A stretch of 64,000 bases of DNA, from contig JBAYWK010000002.1 in assembly GCA_041674105.1 (NCBI GenBank), positions 79,411 to 143,410 on the forward strand. Direction: 5' to 3'. Made by a program: the position numbers and the translations under genes. Positions within the stretch are counted from its first letter, which is position 1, and each line of letters begins with the position of its first letter. Below, in pieces: positions 1-10,173 of the stretch. The notes under the pieces are model-generated. The model saw nothing but the letters and a program-made list of their open reading frames with translations. It had not been told where the DNA came from and did not search any database. This DNA is from Minisyncoccota bacterium (GTDB lineage Bacteria; Patescibacteriota; Minisyncoccia; Phycocordibacterales; DATDWN01).

Positions 1-251
1 TCATCTTCAGAGTAACTACCGAAATCATTTATAAAATCCTCTTTGTTTGTCTTTAAAAAATCTGCCATCTCCGTATATTTACCTTCTGGAATATCTGGAT
101 ATGACAAATCAAATTCTATATAATCTGTATCATTCTTTTCTTCTATAACAGGTAAAACAGATACTACTGGAGCCAGAGTTGTTCTCTTAAAAAGGAAAAA
201 AACAAAAGCTAAAAACAAAACCAGCAAAATTACAATTAATATCTTTTTCAT
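1..251 (-). CDS. hypothetical secreted/membrane-anchored protein (runs off window start)
   Basis: ATG at 251, MKKILIVILLVLFLAFVFF hydrophobic N-terminus, appears open to the window edge. Confidence 0.6.
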   Translation of the reverse strand, partial: MKKILIVILLVLFLAFVFFLFKRTTLAPVVSVLPVIEEKNDTDYIEFDLSYPDIPEGKYTEMADFLKTNKEDFINDFGSYSED

Positions 252-258
252 AATATTT

Positions 259-2970
259 TTATGATATTTTAATAGATCCTTCTATTATACCACCATTTTT
301 TGAGAACGCGGCCACTAAAGCTTTCCTGAGCTCTTCTACTAAAACAATAGATAAGCTAACAACTATAATCAAAATCCAGTCATTTAAACTAAGAGCTGTT
401 GTTTTCAAGATTGACTGCAAAGGACCAAAATAAACGGCCAATACCTGAAGTGAAATAATAATCAAAAGAGACCCCCAAACATACAGATTACTAAATATTT
501 CTTTACTAAATATAGTTTTATTTTCAAATCTACTATTAAAAATATTAAGCCACTGAAAAGCTGCCAAAGCCGTTAGTGTCACAGTAGAAGCTTTCAGAAA
601 CCCTTCTTCTGCATAATAAAGATCAAACAAAAACAGAGAGCCTATCATCATGGTCAAACCCATAATGATTATTCTCTGCATCATAATACTATCTACAAGC
701 TTATAGGACTTTCTTCTACCAATAGAAAGCAAATCCTTTTCTTTTGGCTCCATAGACAAAGCGGTAACCAAAAAACCATCTGTGACAAAATTCAACCAAA
801 TAATCTGACTAGCTAAAATAGGCAATGGATACCCTAACAAAATAGCCCCTACGATAGTAAAAACTTCTCCAGAACTAGTAGAAAATAAGTAAAAAATAAC
901 TTTCTTAATAGTTATATAAATATTACGACCCTCTTCTATGGCTGACAAAATACTACCAAAATTATCGTCCTGTAAAATAATATCCGAAGATTCTTTGGCA
1001 ACCTCAGTACCTATTTTACCCATAGAAACACCGAGATCCGCGGCAGCCAAAGACAATGCATCATTTACACCATCTCCTGTCATAGCAATCACTTTTTTAT
1101 CTTTGTGATAAAGTTCAATAATTTTTAATTTATCTTCCGGTGTCACTCTAGCAAAGATAGAAATACTTGGAAGCATCTCTAAGAGTTTACTCTCCTTTGA
1201 GTCAGCCATCTCTGCCCCAGTCATAACAATATCTCCTTCAGAATATATACCTGTTTCCCTGCCGATAGCTTTGGCTGTTTCTATATGATCACCAGTAATC
1301 ATAATAACCTTTACCCCAGCTTCTTTGGCAGAGGAGATCACCCCAGAAACTTCCTCTCTTATACTGTCACTTATACCAACAAAACCAACAAAACATAAGT
1401 CAGGCAAAGAGGTGGGTTCATTCAAATCTGTAGAGCCCGTGTCCATTGCCAAACCAATGACTCTAAGCCCTTCTTTAGATATTGAGAGGACTGCATTGTG
1501 GATATCTTTTAAGTCGGAATTATTTATAGGAAGACATTTTCCTTCTTTCCAAATACTCTTTGACCTAGAAATAATTATTTCTGGTGCCCCAACAACCGAT
1601 ATCATCCTCCCCCCAGAGACATTGTTACCTACAGCATGATATTTCAAATGAGAATTGAAAGGTATTTCAAATATTTTACTATGTTCCCTTTCTAAATCAT
1701 TTTTATTAAAACCAATCTTTTGTGAAAAGACTGACATCGCGACTTCAGTAGGATCTCCCTTGGTCCTCTGCCACATTTTATTTTCATCAGAATAAGCCGC
1801 AGCACCACCAGAAACAAAACTTGAAACTTTACCTAAAAATAAAAGATCTAAATGATCCGCTGGAGATATGACTTCACCCAGATAAGAAACATCCCCTTTT
1901 GGTTCGTAACCATTTCCAGTAATTTCATAGCTTTTCCCCGACACATAGACCTTTTTAACCATCATCTGGTTTAAAGTGATTGTCCCCGTTTTGTCTACTG
2001 CGATTATCTCTGCTTGACCCAAAGCTTCCACTGCTTGTAATTTTCTAACCAAAGCATTCTTCTTACTCATCCTATACATTCCTGTGGCCAAAATAATAGT
2101 AACGACCACAGGCAACCCTTCTGGGATAGCAGAAACAGCCACAGCTACAGCTACAGAAAACATTTCTAGAGCAGATATACTTTTCATAACACCGACTAAG
2201 AAAATAAATGCACTAGCACCCAAGACAGAGAGAATTATCATTCTAGACAGATTTTTTATACTCTTTTTTAAAGGCATATCAGAATCTATACCAACCAATT
2301 TTTTTGATATCTTACCTATGACAGTATTTACTCCTGTAGATACTACTACTGCTCTAGCTTCACCCTCAATAACATATGTACCATTAAAAACCATATTGAT
2401 CTGGTCTGCCACAGAAAGTCCGTCTTTTTTTATCTCATAAGTATTTTTAGTTATCGGTTCAGATTCACCAGTCAAAGCAGATTCATCAACTTTAAAGTTA
2501 TTTGCAGACATAAGTCTTGCATCTGCTGGTATCTTATCACCCTCAGTCAACAAAATAATGTCACCAGGCACAAGCTCGTCTGCTAAAAATATTTTTTCTT
2601 TTTCATCACGAAGAACGGTCACATATGTTGTGACCATTTTTCTTAAAGCAGTTAAGGTATTTTGAGCTCTTCCTTCCTGAAAAGTCCCGACTATAGCGTT
2701 GACTATGAGAACCACAAAGATAATAATACTATCCGCCACATCACCCATCAAAAACACCGCTACAGCAGCTATAAGTAATACATATACTACAGGACTTCTA
2801 AACTGCCTAAAAAATATACTAAATAAAGAATCTTTCTTGATTTCAGAAAGTTTATTATAACCATACTTCTCTCTAAGGCTTAAAACCTTTTCCGAAGCTA
2901 GCCCGTGAACAGAAACTTCAAAAGAAACCAAGACATCTTCCCATTTGTGTTTATACCAATTCATATACAA
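259..2970 (-). CDS. P-type cation-transporting ATPase (type IIA, Ca2+-like)
   Basis: DESALTGES, PEGL, DKTGT, TGDGVND motifs; true start probably the second Met (2964). Confidence 0.95.
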   Translation of the reverse strand: MYMNWYKHKWEDVLVSFEVSVHGLASEKVLSLREKYGYNKLSEIKKDSLFSIFFRQFRSPVVYVLLIAAVAVFLMGDVADSIIIFVVLIVNAIVGTFQEGRAQNTLTALRKMVTTYVTVLRDEKEKIFLADELVPGDIILLTEGDKIPADARLMSANNFKVDESALTGESEPITKNTYEIKKDGLSVADQINMVFNGTYVIEGEARAVVVSTGVNTVIGKISKKLVGIDSDMPLKKSIKNLSRMIILSVLGASAFIFLVGVMKSISALEMFSVAVAVAVSAIPEGLPVVVTIILATGMYRMSKKNALVRKLQAVEALGQAEIIAVDKTGTITLNQMMVKKVYVSGKSYEITGNGYEPKGDVSYLGEVISPADHLDLLFLGKVSSFVSGGAAAYSDENKMWQRTKGDPTEVAMSVFSQKIGFNKNDLEREHSKIFEIPFNSHLKYHAVGNNVSGGRMISVVGAPEIIISRSKSIWKEGKCLPINNSDLKDIHNAVLSISKEGLRVIGLAMDTGSTDLNEPTSLPDLCFVGFVGISDSIREEVSGVISSAKEAGVKVIMITGDHIETAKAIGRETGIYSEGDIVMTGAEMADSKESKLLEMLPSISIFARVTPEDKLKIIELYHKDKKVIAMTGDGVNDALSLAAADLGVSMGKIGTEVAKESSDIILQDDNFGSILSAIEEGRNIYITIKKVIFYLFSTSSGEVFTIVGAILLGYPLPILASQIIWLNFVTDGFLVTALSMEPKEKDLLSIGRRKSYKLVDSIMMQRIIIMGLTMMIGSLFLFDLYYAEEGFLKASTVTLTALAAFQWLNIFNSRFENKTIFSKEIFSNLYVWGSLLIIISLQVLAVYFGPLQSILKTTALSLNDWILIIVVSLSIVLVEELRKALVAAFSKNGGIIEGSIKIS

Positions 2971-3007
2971 CTTAGTATAACAAATTCAAATCAATACTAT
3001 AAAATAT

Positions 3008-3613
3008 TTATAGTAATTTAATGCTCATTAAAAATTTTTGAAAATCATCAACTATTTTATCTTGAAGGGTTATATAACTAACTCTACAATTAAAAATCTT
3101 ACCACTACTATGTTTAAAAACTATATTTTTACTAGCATATAAACCATCTGAATCATATCCATAAGCTGAGACATCCGGAATGATATTTTCTTCAGTCAAA
3201 TTCACATCTTGGGCAAAGAACAAAGTTTCAAACTCATCAGAATTTACCCACTCTTTTATAGAAATATCCTCTGGATTTTCAAAAGCTACGCAAGAAATAG
3301 AAACAGGTAACTCTCCCACTATTTCTCCACTCAAAAGAAGTCTGTTTCCTTTAGTATCTTCATACAAGTCAAAGCCTGAATATAAACTATTTGTAAAAGA
3401 ATGATCCTCTACAAAATAATTTTTAGGCATATCAAAAGAGATACCTAAAACATCGTTATAGTATTTATTTTCAGATGAAGGGTTTATTCTTCCCGTCATA
3501 AAAAATGACCCAAAAAACAGAAATAAAACTAAAATAGATAGAGAAATAATTATTATTTGTTTATTTTTTTCCATAACATAAAATATATCATTTCTTACCA
3601 AAAAGTAATACAC
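3008..3613 (-). CDS. hypothetical membrane-anchored protein
   Basis: N-terminal TM helix then soluble domain; start likely MEKNKQ. Confidence 0.6.
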   Translation of the reverse strand: MYYFLVRNDIFYVMEKNKQIIIISLSILVLFLFFGSFFMTGRINPSSENKYYNDVLGISFDMPKNYFVEDHSFTNSLYSGFDLYEDTKGNRLLLSGEIVGELPVSISCVAFENPEDISIKEWVNSDEFETLFFAQDVNLTEENIIPDVSAYGYDSDGLYASKNIVFKHSSGKIFNCRVSYITLQDKIVDDFQKFLMSIKLL

Positions 3614-3672
3614 AGTGAAGGTATTGTATTTTTCTTGATTAGTAATATCCTTATAAACAGGAGGGTCTGAAA

Positions 3673-4008
3673 ATGTCTCTGCTTGTACACGAAGAATGTT
3701 TTGGCGACATAACTGTCGTCAGGCTCACTTCTGTTCTATTTGGGTACAATGCTGTAATCTTTTACCACATGATAACAATGTTACGGCAATTGGGAAGGAA
3801 AACCGTTCTAGATACGACATTTCTTAGACCGGAAGATTTAAACGAGATTTCCATACAAGGGATTATATACAGTATAGTAACAATCAAACTAATGAAAATA
3901 GTCGTTTCGAAAGAAGAAGTGAGAAAACATTTGGAACAATACAAGATTCATAATCTGGTTGAAATACTGCCAGATAAAGAATCAGCCCTGAGGAGTTTCA
4001 AAAAATGA
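3673..4008 (+). CDS. STAS-domain (anti-sigma antagonist-like) protein
   Basis: 111 aa, GDITVVRL start and LVEILPDKESALRSF end resemble STAS domains; RBS GGAG upstream. Confidence 0.5.
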   Translation: MSLLVHEECFGDITVVRLTSVLFGYNAVIFYHMITMLRQLGRKTVLDTTFLRPEDLNEISIQGIIYSIVTIKLMKIVVSKEEVRKHLEQYKIHNLVEILPDKESALRSFKK

Positions 4009-4419
4009 ACATATACTTATGAGCGCCTACTGAAAATGTACGGCGCTCATCCTTTTTGGACATTAGAACACATAAATAAACTTTTGTTATAAGGTTTATA
4101 TTTCAACACATAATCAACTTATAAACAATTTCTGCACAGGATCTGCACAGATTTATTTTGACAAACTTAAAAAATACTTAGATAATTTACCTAGGTTAGC
4201 TTACTTAGGAGAGTCTCCTAAAAATACATTTTTAAAAATTTCGTTTATGTAAGACTTATGAACTTACATTAGAAATAAAATATAATAAAATGAGACATTC
4301 TCCCAATCGAGCAAAACCTGCAGAAACAATACCACTCCCCAAGAGAGTGGTATTGTCTTAATAAAAAAGTTGTAACTTATTTTAGATGTAGCATAATGTA
4401 TACATAAATAAATAAAAAG

Positions 4420-4905
4420 ATGAAACCTGCTCCAATAATATCTTTTGAAGATTTTGAAAAAATAAGAAACACTTTAGGTAAAATAGTCTGCACTTCTGGT
4501 GGTTATGACCCTATTCACCCAGGACATGTTTCTTGTATAAACGAATCAAAACAATATGGAGATGTTTTAGTGGTTATAGTAAATGGTGACTCCTTCTTAA
4601 AAAACAAGAAAGGTAAGCCTTTTATGGACTTAGAAACCAGATGTCATATCGTCTCTCATATAAAAGAAGTAGATTTTGTGATCCCTTTTGAAATAGAAGA
4701 TGATCAAACGGTCTCAGAAGCTTTAAAAAAACTAAAACCTCATGTTTTTACAAAAGGTGGAGATAGAATAGATAAACACTCAATACCCGAGTGGGATGTG
4801 TGCAAAGAACATAAAATAAAGATTATCTCAGAGGTCGGACACAAGAAGCTTTGGAGTAGCTCGGACTTTTTACATGAATGGGGTGAATTTTGGAAAGAAA
4901 AATAA
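4420..4905 (+). CDS. cytidylyltransferase family protein (TagD/RfaE-II-like)
   Basis: SGGYDPIHPGH HxGH motif, KGGDR. Confidence 0.9.
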   Translation: MKPAPIISFEDFEKIRNTLGKIVCTSGGYDPIHPGHVSCINESKQYGDVLVVIVNGDSFLKNKKGKPFMDLETRCHIVSHIKEVDFVIPFEIEDDQTVSEALKKLKPHVFTKGGDRIDKHSIPEWDVCKEHKIKIISEVGHKKLWSSSDFLHEWGEFWKEK

Positions 4906-4944
4906 CAAAACAAAAAAGACAGCTTGGCTGTCTTTTTTGTTTTG
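4906..4944. terminator. bidirectional intrinsic terminator
   Basis: caaaacaaaaaagacagc-ttg-gctgtcttttttgttttg perfect inverted repeat between convergent genes. Confidence 0.85.
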
Positions 4945-4958
4945 AATAACCCCATCAA

Positions 4959-5213
4959 TTATGACAAATGTTTTGAAACCAACTTTGTCATTTCAAACAT
5001 ATTTACTACTGCTTTTCCTCCGAAAACTTTTTTCAAATTTTCGTCAGCAACAATATTTCTCTTGTTCTTTGGATCTTGTAAATCATGTTTCTTTATGTAG
5101 ACCCACAATTTTTTAACTACTTCAGATCTTGGCATAGGACCTTTTCCTACAACAGCCTCTAGTTCAGGGCTAACATTTAAAGGCTTCATAAACGCAGAGT
5201 TTGATTTTGGCAT
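4959..5213 (-). CDS. stand-alone SWIB/MDM2-domain protein
   Basis: SPELEAVVG..PRSEVVKKLWVYIKKHDLQDPKNKRNI..D..LKKVFG...NMFEMTKL SWIB signature. Confidence 0.92.
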   Translation of the reverse strand: MPKSNSAFMKPLNVSPELEAVVGKGPMPRSEVVKKLWVYIKKHDLQDPKNKRNIVADENLKKVFGGKAVVNMFEMTKLVSKHLS

Positions 5214-5352
5214 ATTTTTAATTAAATTTTTATTAACCTAACCATTATAACACCTATATACAAAACAAGCTAGTATTTTACAAGAGAAAATAAATGAGTT
5301 TTTACACATATTAAGACCAGTAAATCCAAAAAATATGCTAATATGAAGTATT

Positions 5353-6324
5353 ATGGGAAAATTTACTATAAAACAGGGCCCTGTGGCTTTCTTGAAACAA
5401 CTTATTGTTATGGAGATAGTATTGGTAATTTTCTTTGTCTTTATATCCTTCCTCGGAAACTATGAAATGCTCTTCAAGAGAATCAGTCTAGATAACTATA
5501 TAAGATACGATATCTTCATACTCATAATTGCTTCCCTATTTCAGATATCATATATCGTAGCCATATTCTTAAATTGGTATTTTTCATATTACGAAATATC
5601 AAAAAACGAAATCATAAAAAAAACAGGTATACTCCTAAACAGGAAAAAATACATACTTTTAAACGAAATAAACTCTGTGGAAACTTACCAGTCTTTGGCC
5701 GATAGGATAACAGGTAACGGGACAATAATTTTGGAGAGAGAAAGTGGAAAACCGACCAGAATAACCGATGTCCAAGACTTTGATGAATATGTAAACATCA
5801 TAAAGTTTAATATAAAAAACTTAACCCAAAACGGTCTAAAATATGACGCCAGATCTTTGGTAAAACAAAAAGAAAATAGAAACCTAGAATTTAAAGAAAC
5901 TCTAAGGTTTGATATAAAAAAATCTGAAGTAAGCAAAGAATTGGAGAAAGTCATTGCTAAAACCATTATAGGTTTTCTAAACGCAAATGGCGGAAATCTA
6001 ATTGTGGGAGTATCTGACGAAAATGAGATAGTAGGCCTAGAAAGAGACATAAAAACTTTGCCCAGAAAAGATCTAGATGGTTTTCAAAATCATCTGACGA
6101 TGATAATAAAAACTATGATAGGGGTAAACTTTCTAAACAGTATAGATGTAAACTTTGAAAAAATGGAAGATAAAGATATTTGTATAATATCTGTATCAAA
6201 AGGTCACAAACCTGCATATTTAAAAAATTCGGACAACAAAGAAGAGTTTTTTGTTAGAGTGGGAAACTCAACTCAACCTCTCTCCATGAGTGAAGCCGAG
6301 GAGTATATAAAAGAGCACTTTTAA
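5353..6324 (+). CDS. membrane bPH_2 domain fused to Schlafen/AlbA_2 domain
   Basis: 2 TM helices + YEIS..IIKKTGIL..INSVE.YQS...GNGTI (bPH_2); ENRNLEFK, FLNANGGNLIVGVSD, FFVRVGNST (AlbA_2). Confidence 0.85.
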   Translation: MGKFTIKQGPVAFLKQLIVMEIVLVIFFVFISFLGNYEMLFKRISLDNYIRYDIFILIIASLFQISYIVAIFLNWYFSYYEISKNEIIKKTGILLNRKKYILLNEINSVETYQSLADRITGNGTIILERESGKPTRITDVQDFDEYVNIIKFNIKNLTQNGLKYDARSLVKQKENRNLEFKETLRFDIKKSEVSKELEKVIAKTIIGFLNANGGNLIVGVSDENEIVGLERDIKTLPRKDLDGFQNHLTMIIKTMIGVNFLNSIDVNFEKMEDKDICIISVSKGHKPAYLKNSDNKEEFFVRVGNSTQPLSMSEAEEYIKEHF

Positions 6325-6327
6325 TTA

Positions 6328-6642
6328 CTATGCTTTAGATTTGTCTAACTTTTGGACGCCTATTATTTTAACCCCATAGTAAACTACCAAAGCTACCACA
6401 ATAAAGTCTATAATAACTGTTATAAAATCTCCATAAAGTATCTTAGCTGATCCCAGCTCAATAGTCGCTGTTTTCAATCCATCTGTAGCGCCTAAAACCA
6501 GACTAAGTAGAGGATTTATTATATCGGTCACAAAAGAAGAAACCACTTTTGAAACAGCTCCTCCTAGTATAAAACCGATAGCCAGTCCTACTACTCCTTG
6601 TTCTCTAATAAAATCTATAAAGCCTTTCATATTATTTTTCAT
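6328..6642 (-). CDS. mscL: large-conductance mechanosensitive channel
   Basis: FIREQGVVGLAIGFILGGAVSKVVSSFVTDIINP, YGDFITVIIDF. Confidence 0.9.
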   Translation of the reverse strand: MKNNMKGFIDFIREQGVVGLAIGFILGGAVSKVVSSFVTDIINPLLSLVLGATDGLKTATIELGSAKILYGDFITVIIDFIVVALVVYYGVKIIGVQKLDKSKA

Positions 6643-6819
6643 ATATTTTGTTGTTTTTAATCAGATTTAGTAGTTCAATCTTATATCTTTTATATTATTT
6701 TTACCAACAAGAGAAAGCTTCCAATCTTTTAAATCAAAATATTTATCGATTAATTTTTTAATATCATTCATATTAGTTTCTTTTATCTGATTTATATTAT
6801 ATATCAATATTTTCTCCAA

Positions 6820-6974
6820 CTAAATAAACTTCTGGTATGGAGCTACGGGATCTACAGATATCCCATAAGCTATAACTCCACCCAATAGTCCCGTTACAGA
6901 TAAGGATGCTAAAGCTACAAAAGCAAAAGTGCGATAGGAAAATGCACGAACAATGGATGAACATTATATAACAT
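6820..6974 (-). pseudogene. internally deleted DUF2231-like membrane protein remnant
   Basis: MLYNVHPLFVHFPIALLLL* joined out of frame to ...SVTGLLGGVIAYG..., the two end motifs of the family with the middle missing. Confidence 0.6.
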
Positions 6975-7024
6975 ATAATTTTTATTAATTTAAATAAACA
7001 GGAAACTTCTCGCTTATCTGAAAA

Positions 7025-7135
7025 CTATTTACTTTTTTTAGCTGAAAGTTTCAATTTCTTTACAGCCAATCTTTTCTTTGTTTTCTTTGAACGAGATGTT
7101 TTATTTTTTGTGTTTGTAGCTAATCTTTTTGCCAT
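7025..7135 (-). CDS. small Lys/Arg-rich protein (36 aa)
   Basis: MAKRLATNTKNKTSRSKKTKKRLAVKKLKLSAKKSK; TATAAT 8 nt upstream of ATG. Confidence 0.55.
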   Translation of the reverse strand: MAKRLATNTKNKTSRSKKTKKRLAVKKLKLSAKKSK

Positions 7136-7171
7136 ATAAAGAGATTATACACTAAATAATAAAAAAGTGAA

Positions 7172-7879
7172 TTAAATGCCAGCATAAGTAACGGCAAAAT
7201 AAATCACAGAGATACCCAAGATGGTAGAGATGGTTGTCCAAATTGTTGGATGATTATGATGACTTTCTGGCAAGAGATCACTAGCTCCTATGTACAAAAA
7301 GAATCCTGCAAACAAGGCTAAGACCAGTCCGACTAAAGATTCTGAAATAGTAAAAAATAAAGTAGAGAGCACACCAAGAACAGGAGCTATTGCATCAAGT
7401 AAAACCCACTTCAAAGCTTCAGATTTTTTACCTCCGTGTTTCATTATCATACTAGCGGTATTTATGCCATCAGAAAAATCATGAGCAAGCACAGCTGTAG
7501 CTACTACTAACCCAGTAACATTAGAAACACCAAAAGCTATACCTATAGCGATACCATCTATAAAACTATGAAAAGAAAAACTTCCTGCGCCAAAACGACC
7601 TCTATGGTGGTGATCATCTTCGTGACAGTTTAGCAAAAGTATTCTGTCTAAAACCATATACAAAACAAAACCGATAGCTATTACAAGCATCACTGTAGAA
7701 ACATCCCAAAAATTGTCAGCGATTTTTATTGATTCGGGTATTAGATCAAACAGGGCTACCCCAACTACAGCTCCAGCACTGAAACCCAGAACGAGATGTA
7801 ATTTATCTTTAAAACGAATAGCAAAAAGACCCCCTAAAAAAGTCATCACAAAGGCACCGAATGTAACGAGGATTATCAT
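7172..7879 (-). CDS. ZIP family metal transporter
   Basis: HSFIDG, AHDFSDG, DLLPESH motifs, His-rich loop. Confidence 0.92.
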   Translation of the reverse strand: MIILVTFGAFVMTFLGGLFAIRFKDKLHLVLGFSAGAVVGVALFDLIPESIKIADNFWDVSTVMLVIAIGFVLYMVLDRILLLNCHEDDHHHRGRFGAGSFSFHSFIDGIAIGIAFGVSNVTGLVVATAVLAHDFSDGINTASMIMKHGGKKSEALKWVLLDAIAPVLGVLSTLFFTISESLVGLVLALFAGFFLYIGASDLLPESHHNHPTIWTTISTILGISVIYFAVTYAGI

Positions 7880-8289
7880 AGTTTTATTACTTAAAGTAAT
7901 ACTAGCACCAAATTTATATATCTACAAAATGGCTGAGATAAAAGAAAAGGTCGACGATAGGTTACATCGCGCCTTATTCAAGACACTCTTAATTCAGTAA
8001 ATCAACTCTAGAGTTTAATCTTGTGAAAATAGGGTTCAAAAAGCTCGCCTCAACACAGTGATTTTGTTAAAGGGTTATTGTCAAGATACCCAAAATATTG
8101 CCCTATTTAATTAAGCCTTTTATAGTACACTCCTCTTGAGTCTAAGCTAATGAACAGTCGTCTACAGATTGTCGTCGCCCAACTCTTTCTCTTTTGAGAA
8201 ATCAGCCAGAATTTTTTTGATTACGATTAAAAAGAGTGTGTTGTGATGAGGAGATACTGCTTGCCTTTGTTCAAAGCGAACCACTGAGC

Positions 8290-8403
8290 CTACTTTGTAC
8301 CATGCCAGATTAGTGAATCTCCATAATTTCCCTGGAAACGGTAAAAATCAACTCTATTATCTCTGTATTTTTCTAAAAATTTCCTTAGATTAACCTCTTC
8401 CAT
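8290..8403 (-). pseudogene. N-terminal fragment of polysaccharide pyruvyl transferase-like gene
   Basis: MEEVNLRKFLEKYRDNRVDFYRFQGNYGDSLIWHGTK* contains GNxGDxLI motif then premature stop. Confidence 0.5.
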
Positions 8404-8406
8404 ATT

Positions 8407-9426
8407 CTATTTGAATTCACAAACAATTATCTTAGGTCTTAGATATGCATCTACATTGGTAATAAATTTTAACTGCAATGATTGAACTACCTTGAATTTA
8501 GATTTAAGTAGAATTGGTTCAATAATTTCATACTCACTGGTGTATATAACCAATCTACCAGTGGTATTTAATACACCTTCACAATATTGAATAAAAGTTT
8601 CATATAGCTTCTCTAGGTTTTCACCTTTTGAAATTGACATACCAAAAGGTAAATCAGAAACAATGACATCAAACTTACCTAGATCTGGCTTATCAAAAAT
8701 ATCAAACTCTTTTACTTGAACCTTTTCTATAAGACCCGCTTTTTTGATATTTTGGATAGACAAGGATAGGTGCTTCTTTTCATTATCAAATCCAATTAAT
8801 TTATTCAAATTCGGATAACATTGTCCTGCCTCAATTAGCAATGTCGCACTACCTGAAAATATATTCAAATACGAATGAGCTGACTCAAGATTACAAAAAG
8901 AATTTGCCGCATACGCTATTGTCGGATCCATAGCTCCACTCATATTAACAACTCTATAATCTCTGACAGAAAGAGGGCGTGGAGTTATCTGTACACCCAT
9001 CTCCCAGATATCATCTGTTTTTATAATATGTATTTTTAAATCTGCTTCTTCACTTTCTTGTAGTTCATAGGTATCTTTTATATATTTTGCAGTATCTCTA
9101 ACTTCTGGTGAATCTGACCCAGCACAACTAATTTTGAATGTGTTGAAACTATCATATTTAACAACAATATCAATAAGGTTACCTAAAACAGACTTATGGT
9201 TTGAAATATATGTTGGATGATAAACACTGTCTTGTGCTACTAGATATGCACGAGCAACACTCCTTAGCTTTTTTACTTCTTGTATATTATTTTCAGAAAA
9301 TTCTATGAATACAGAATCTACATCTTCACTGATTATTTCAAAATTAAATTTCTTCAATTCATCCAAAACAACCGGTTTTAAACCTGTTGTGTATGATAAT
9401 TTTATTTTCATTTCTAAATCGTTCAT
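8407..9426 (-). CDS. THUMP/UPF0020-type RNA methyltransferase (Trm14/RlmL-like)
   Basis: PLSVRDYR, FSGSATLLIEA, IVSDLPFG. Confidence 0.8.
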   Translation of the reverse strand: MNDLEMKIKLSYTTGLKPVVLDELKKFNFEIISEDVDSVFIEFSENNIQEVKKLRSVARAYLVAQDSVYHPTYISNHKSVLGNLIDIVVKYDSFNTFKISCAGSDSPEVRDTAKYIKDTYELQESEEADLKIHIIKTDDIWEMGVQITPRPLSVRDYRVVNMSGAMDPTIAYAANSFCNLESAHSYLNIFSGSATLLIEAGQCYPNLNKLIGFDNEKKHLSLSIQNIKKAGLIEKVQVKEFDIFDKPDLGKFDVIVSDLPFGMSISKGENLEKLYETFIQYCEGVLNTTGRLVIYTSEYEIIEPILLKSKFKVVQSLQLKFITNVDAYLRPKIIVCEFK

Positions 9427-9659
9427 GTGTTTATTTTGATTCTATCCAAAACACCAGAAACTCTGATCCTACCCATACAAAACTCCTCACAACAACTTAT
9501 CTCTTCTTCTCTACTTCTATGAGAACAAAGTTTATGGCGATCTTTATCATATATGGATACCACATTTTTTGATAAATGTAAATATTTAGGGTTAGTTGCG
9601 CCAAATATAATAAATGATTTCTTGTCGAAACTTTGCGCAATTACAATATGTTTTTTCAT
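9423..9659 (-). CDS. hypothetical protein (possibly a gene fragment)
   Basis: ORF fills the gap in a co-oriented run; no recognisable motif. Confidence 0.3.
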   Translation of the reverse strand: MKKHIVIAQSFDKKSFIIFGATNPKYLHLSKNVVSIYDKDRHKLCSHRSREEEISCCEEFCMGRIRVSGVLDRIKINT

Positions 9660-9664
9660 TTTTT

Positions 9665-10168
9665 TTAATTAATTTGGTTGTGTTTACTCAGTATATCCAA
9701 AGCTCGTTTGACAATATGATCTCCAATTTCACCCCATTTCACATATTGTCCATAATCTTTAGGGTCAACTAATTTAATTTCTGTAATATCTACATCTGGA
9801 TCAGAAACAAAATCTCCGTATGGCTCAACGATACAGAGTGACCTGGTTTGTCGTATAATTCTATCTTTTTCGTACACATCTATATAACCGATCAATTCTT
9901 GATGTAATACTTTCATATTTGATTCTTCTTTTACTTCTCGAACTGTAGCTTCTTGCCATGTTTCTCCTGGTTCTATTGCTCCACCAGGAAATGTCCAGTA
10001 TCCTTTATCGTTTGCATAGACTACCACCAACTTATTTCCATAAAAACAAAAACCGTGAACAGCTTGAAGGATTTTGTCTCCCAATCCCTCCATTGGATCA
10101 AATCCCTCCCTGTATACATAATCAACCATTCCGCCAGTCCGTGATTTAAATTGTGATTTTATTTCCAT
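9665..10168 (-). CDS. NUDIX hydrolase
   Basis: GGAIEPGETWQEATVREVKEES Nudix box. Confidence 0.92.
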   Translation of the reverse strand: MEIKSQFKSRTGGMVDYVYREGFDPMEGLGDKILQAVHGFCFYGNKLVVVYANDKGYWTFPGGAIEPGETWQEATVREVKEESNMKVLHQELIGYIDVYEKDRIIRQTRSLCIVEPYGDFVSDPDVDITEIKLVDPKDYGQYVKWGEIGDHIVKRALDILSKHNQIN

Positions 10169-10173
10169 ATTTA

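Noticed and set aside
4080-4260. Replication origin
   Set aside because: Only degenerate DnaA-box-like 9-mers (ttataaaca, tctgcacag x2); no dnaA/dnaN nearby; cannot be supported without GC-skew analysis.
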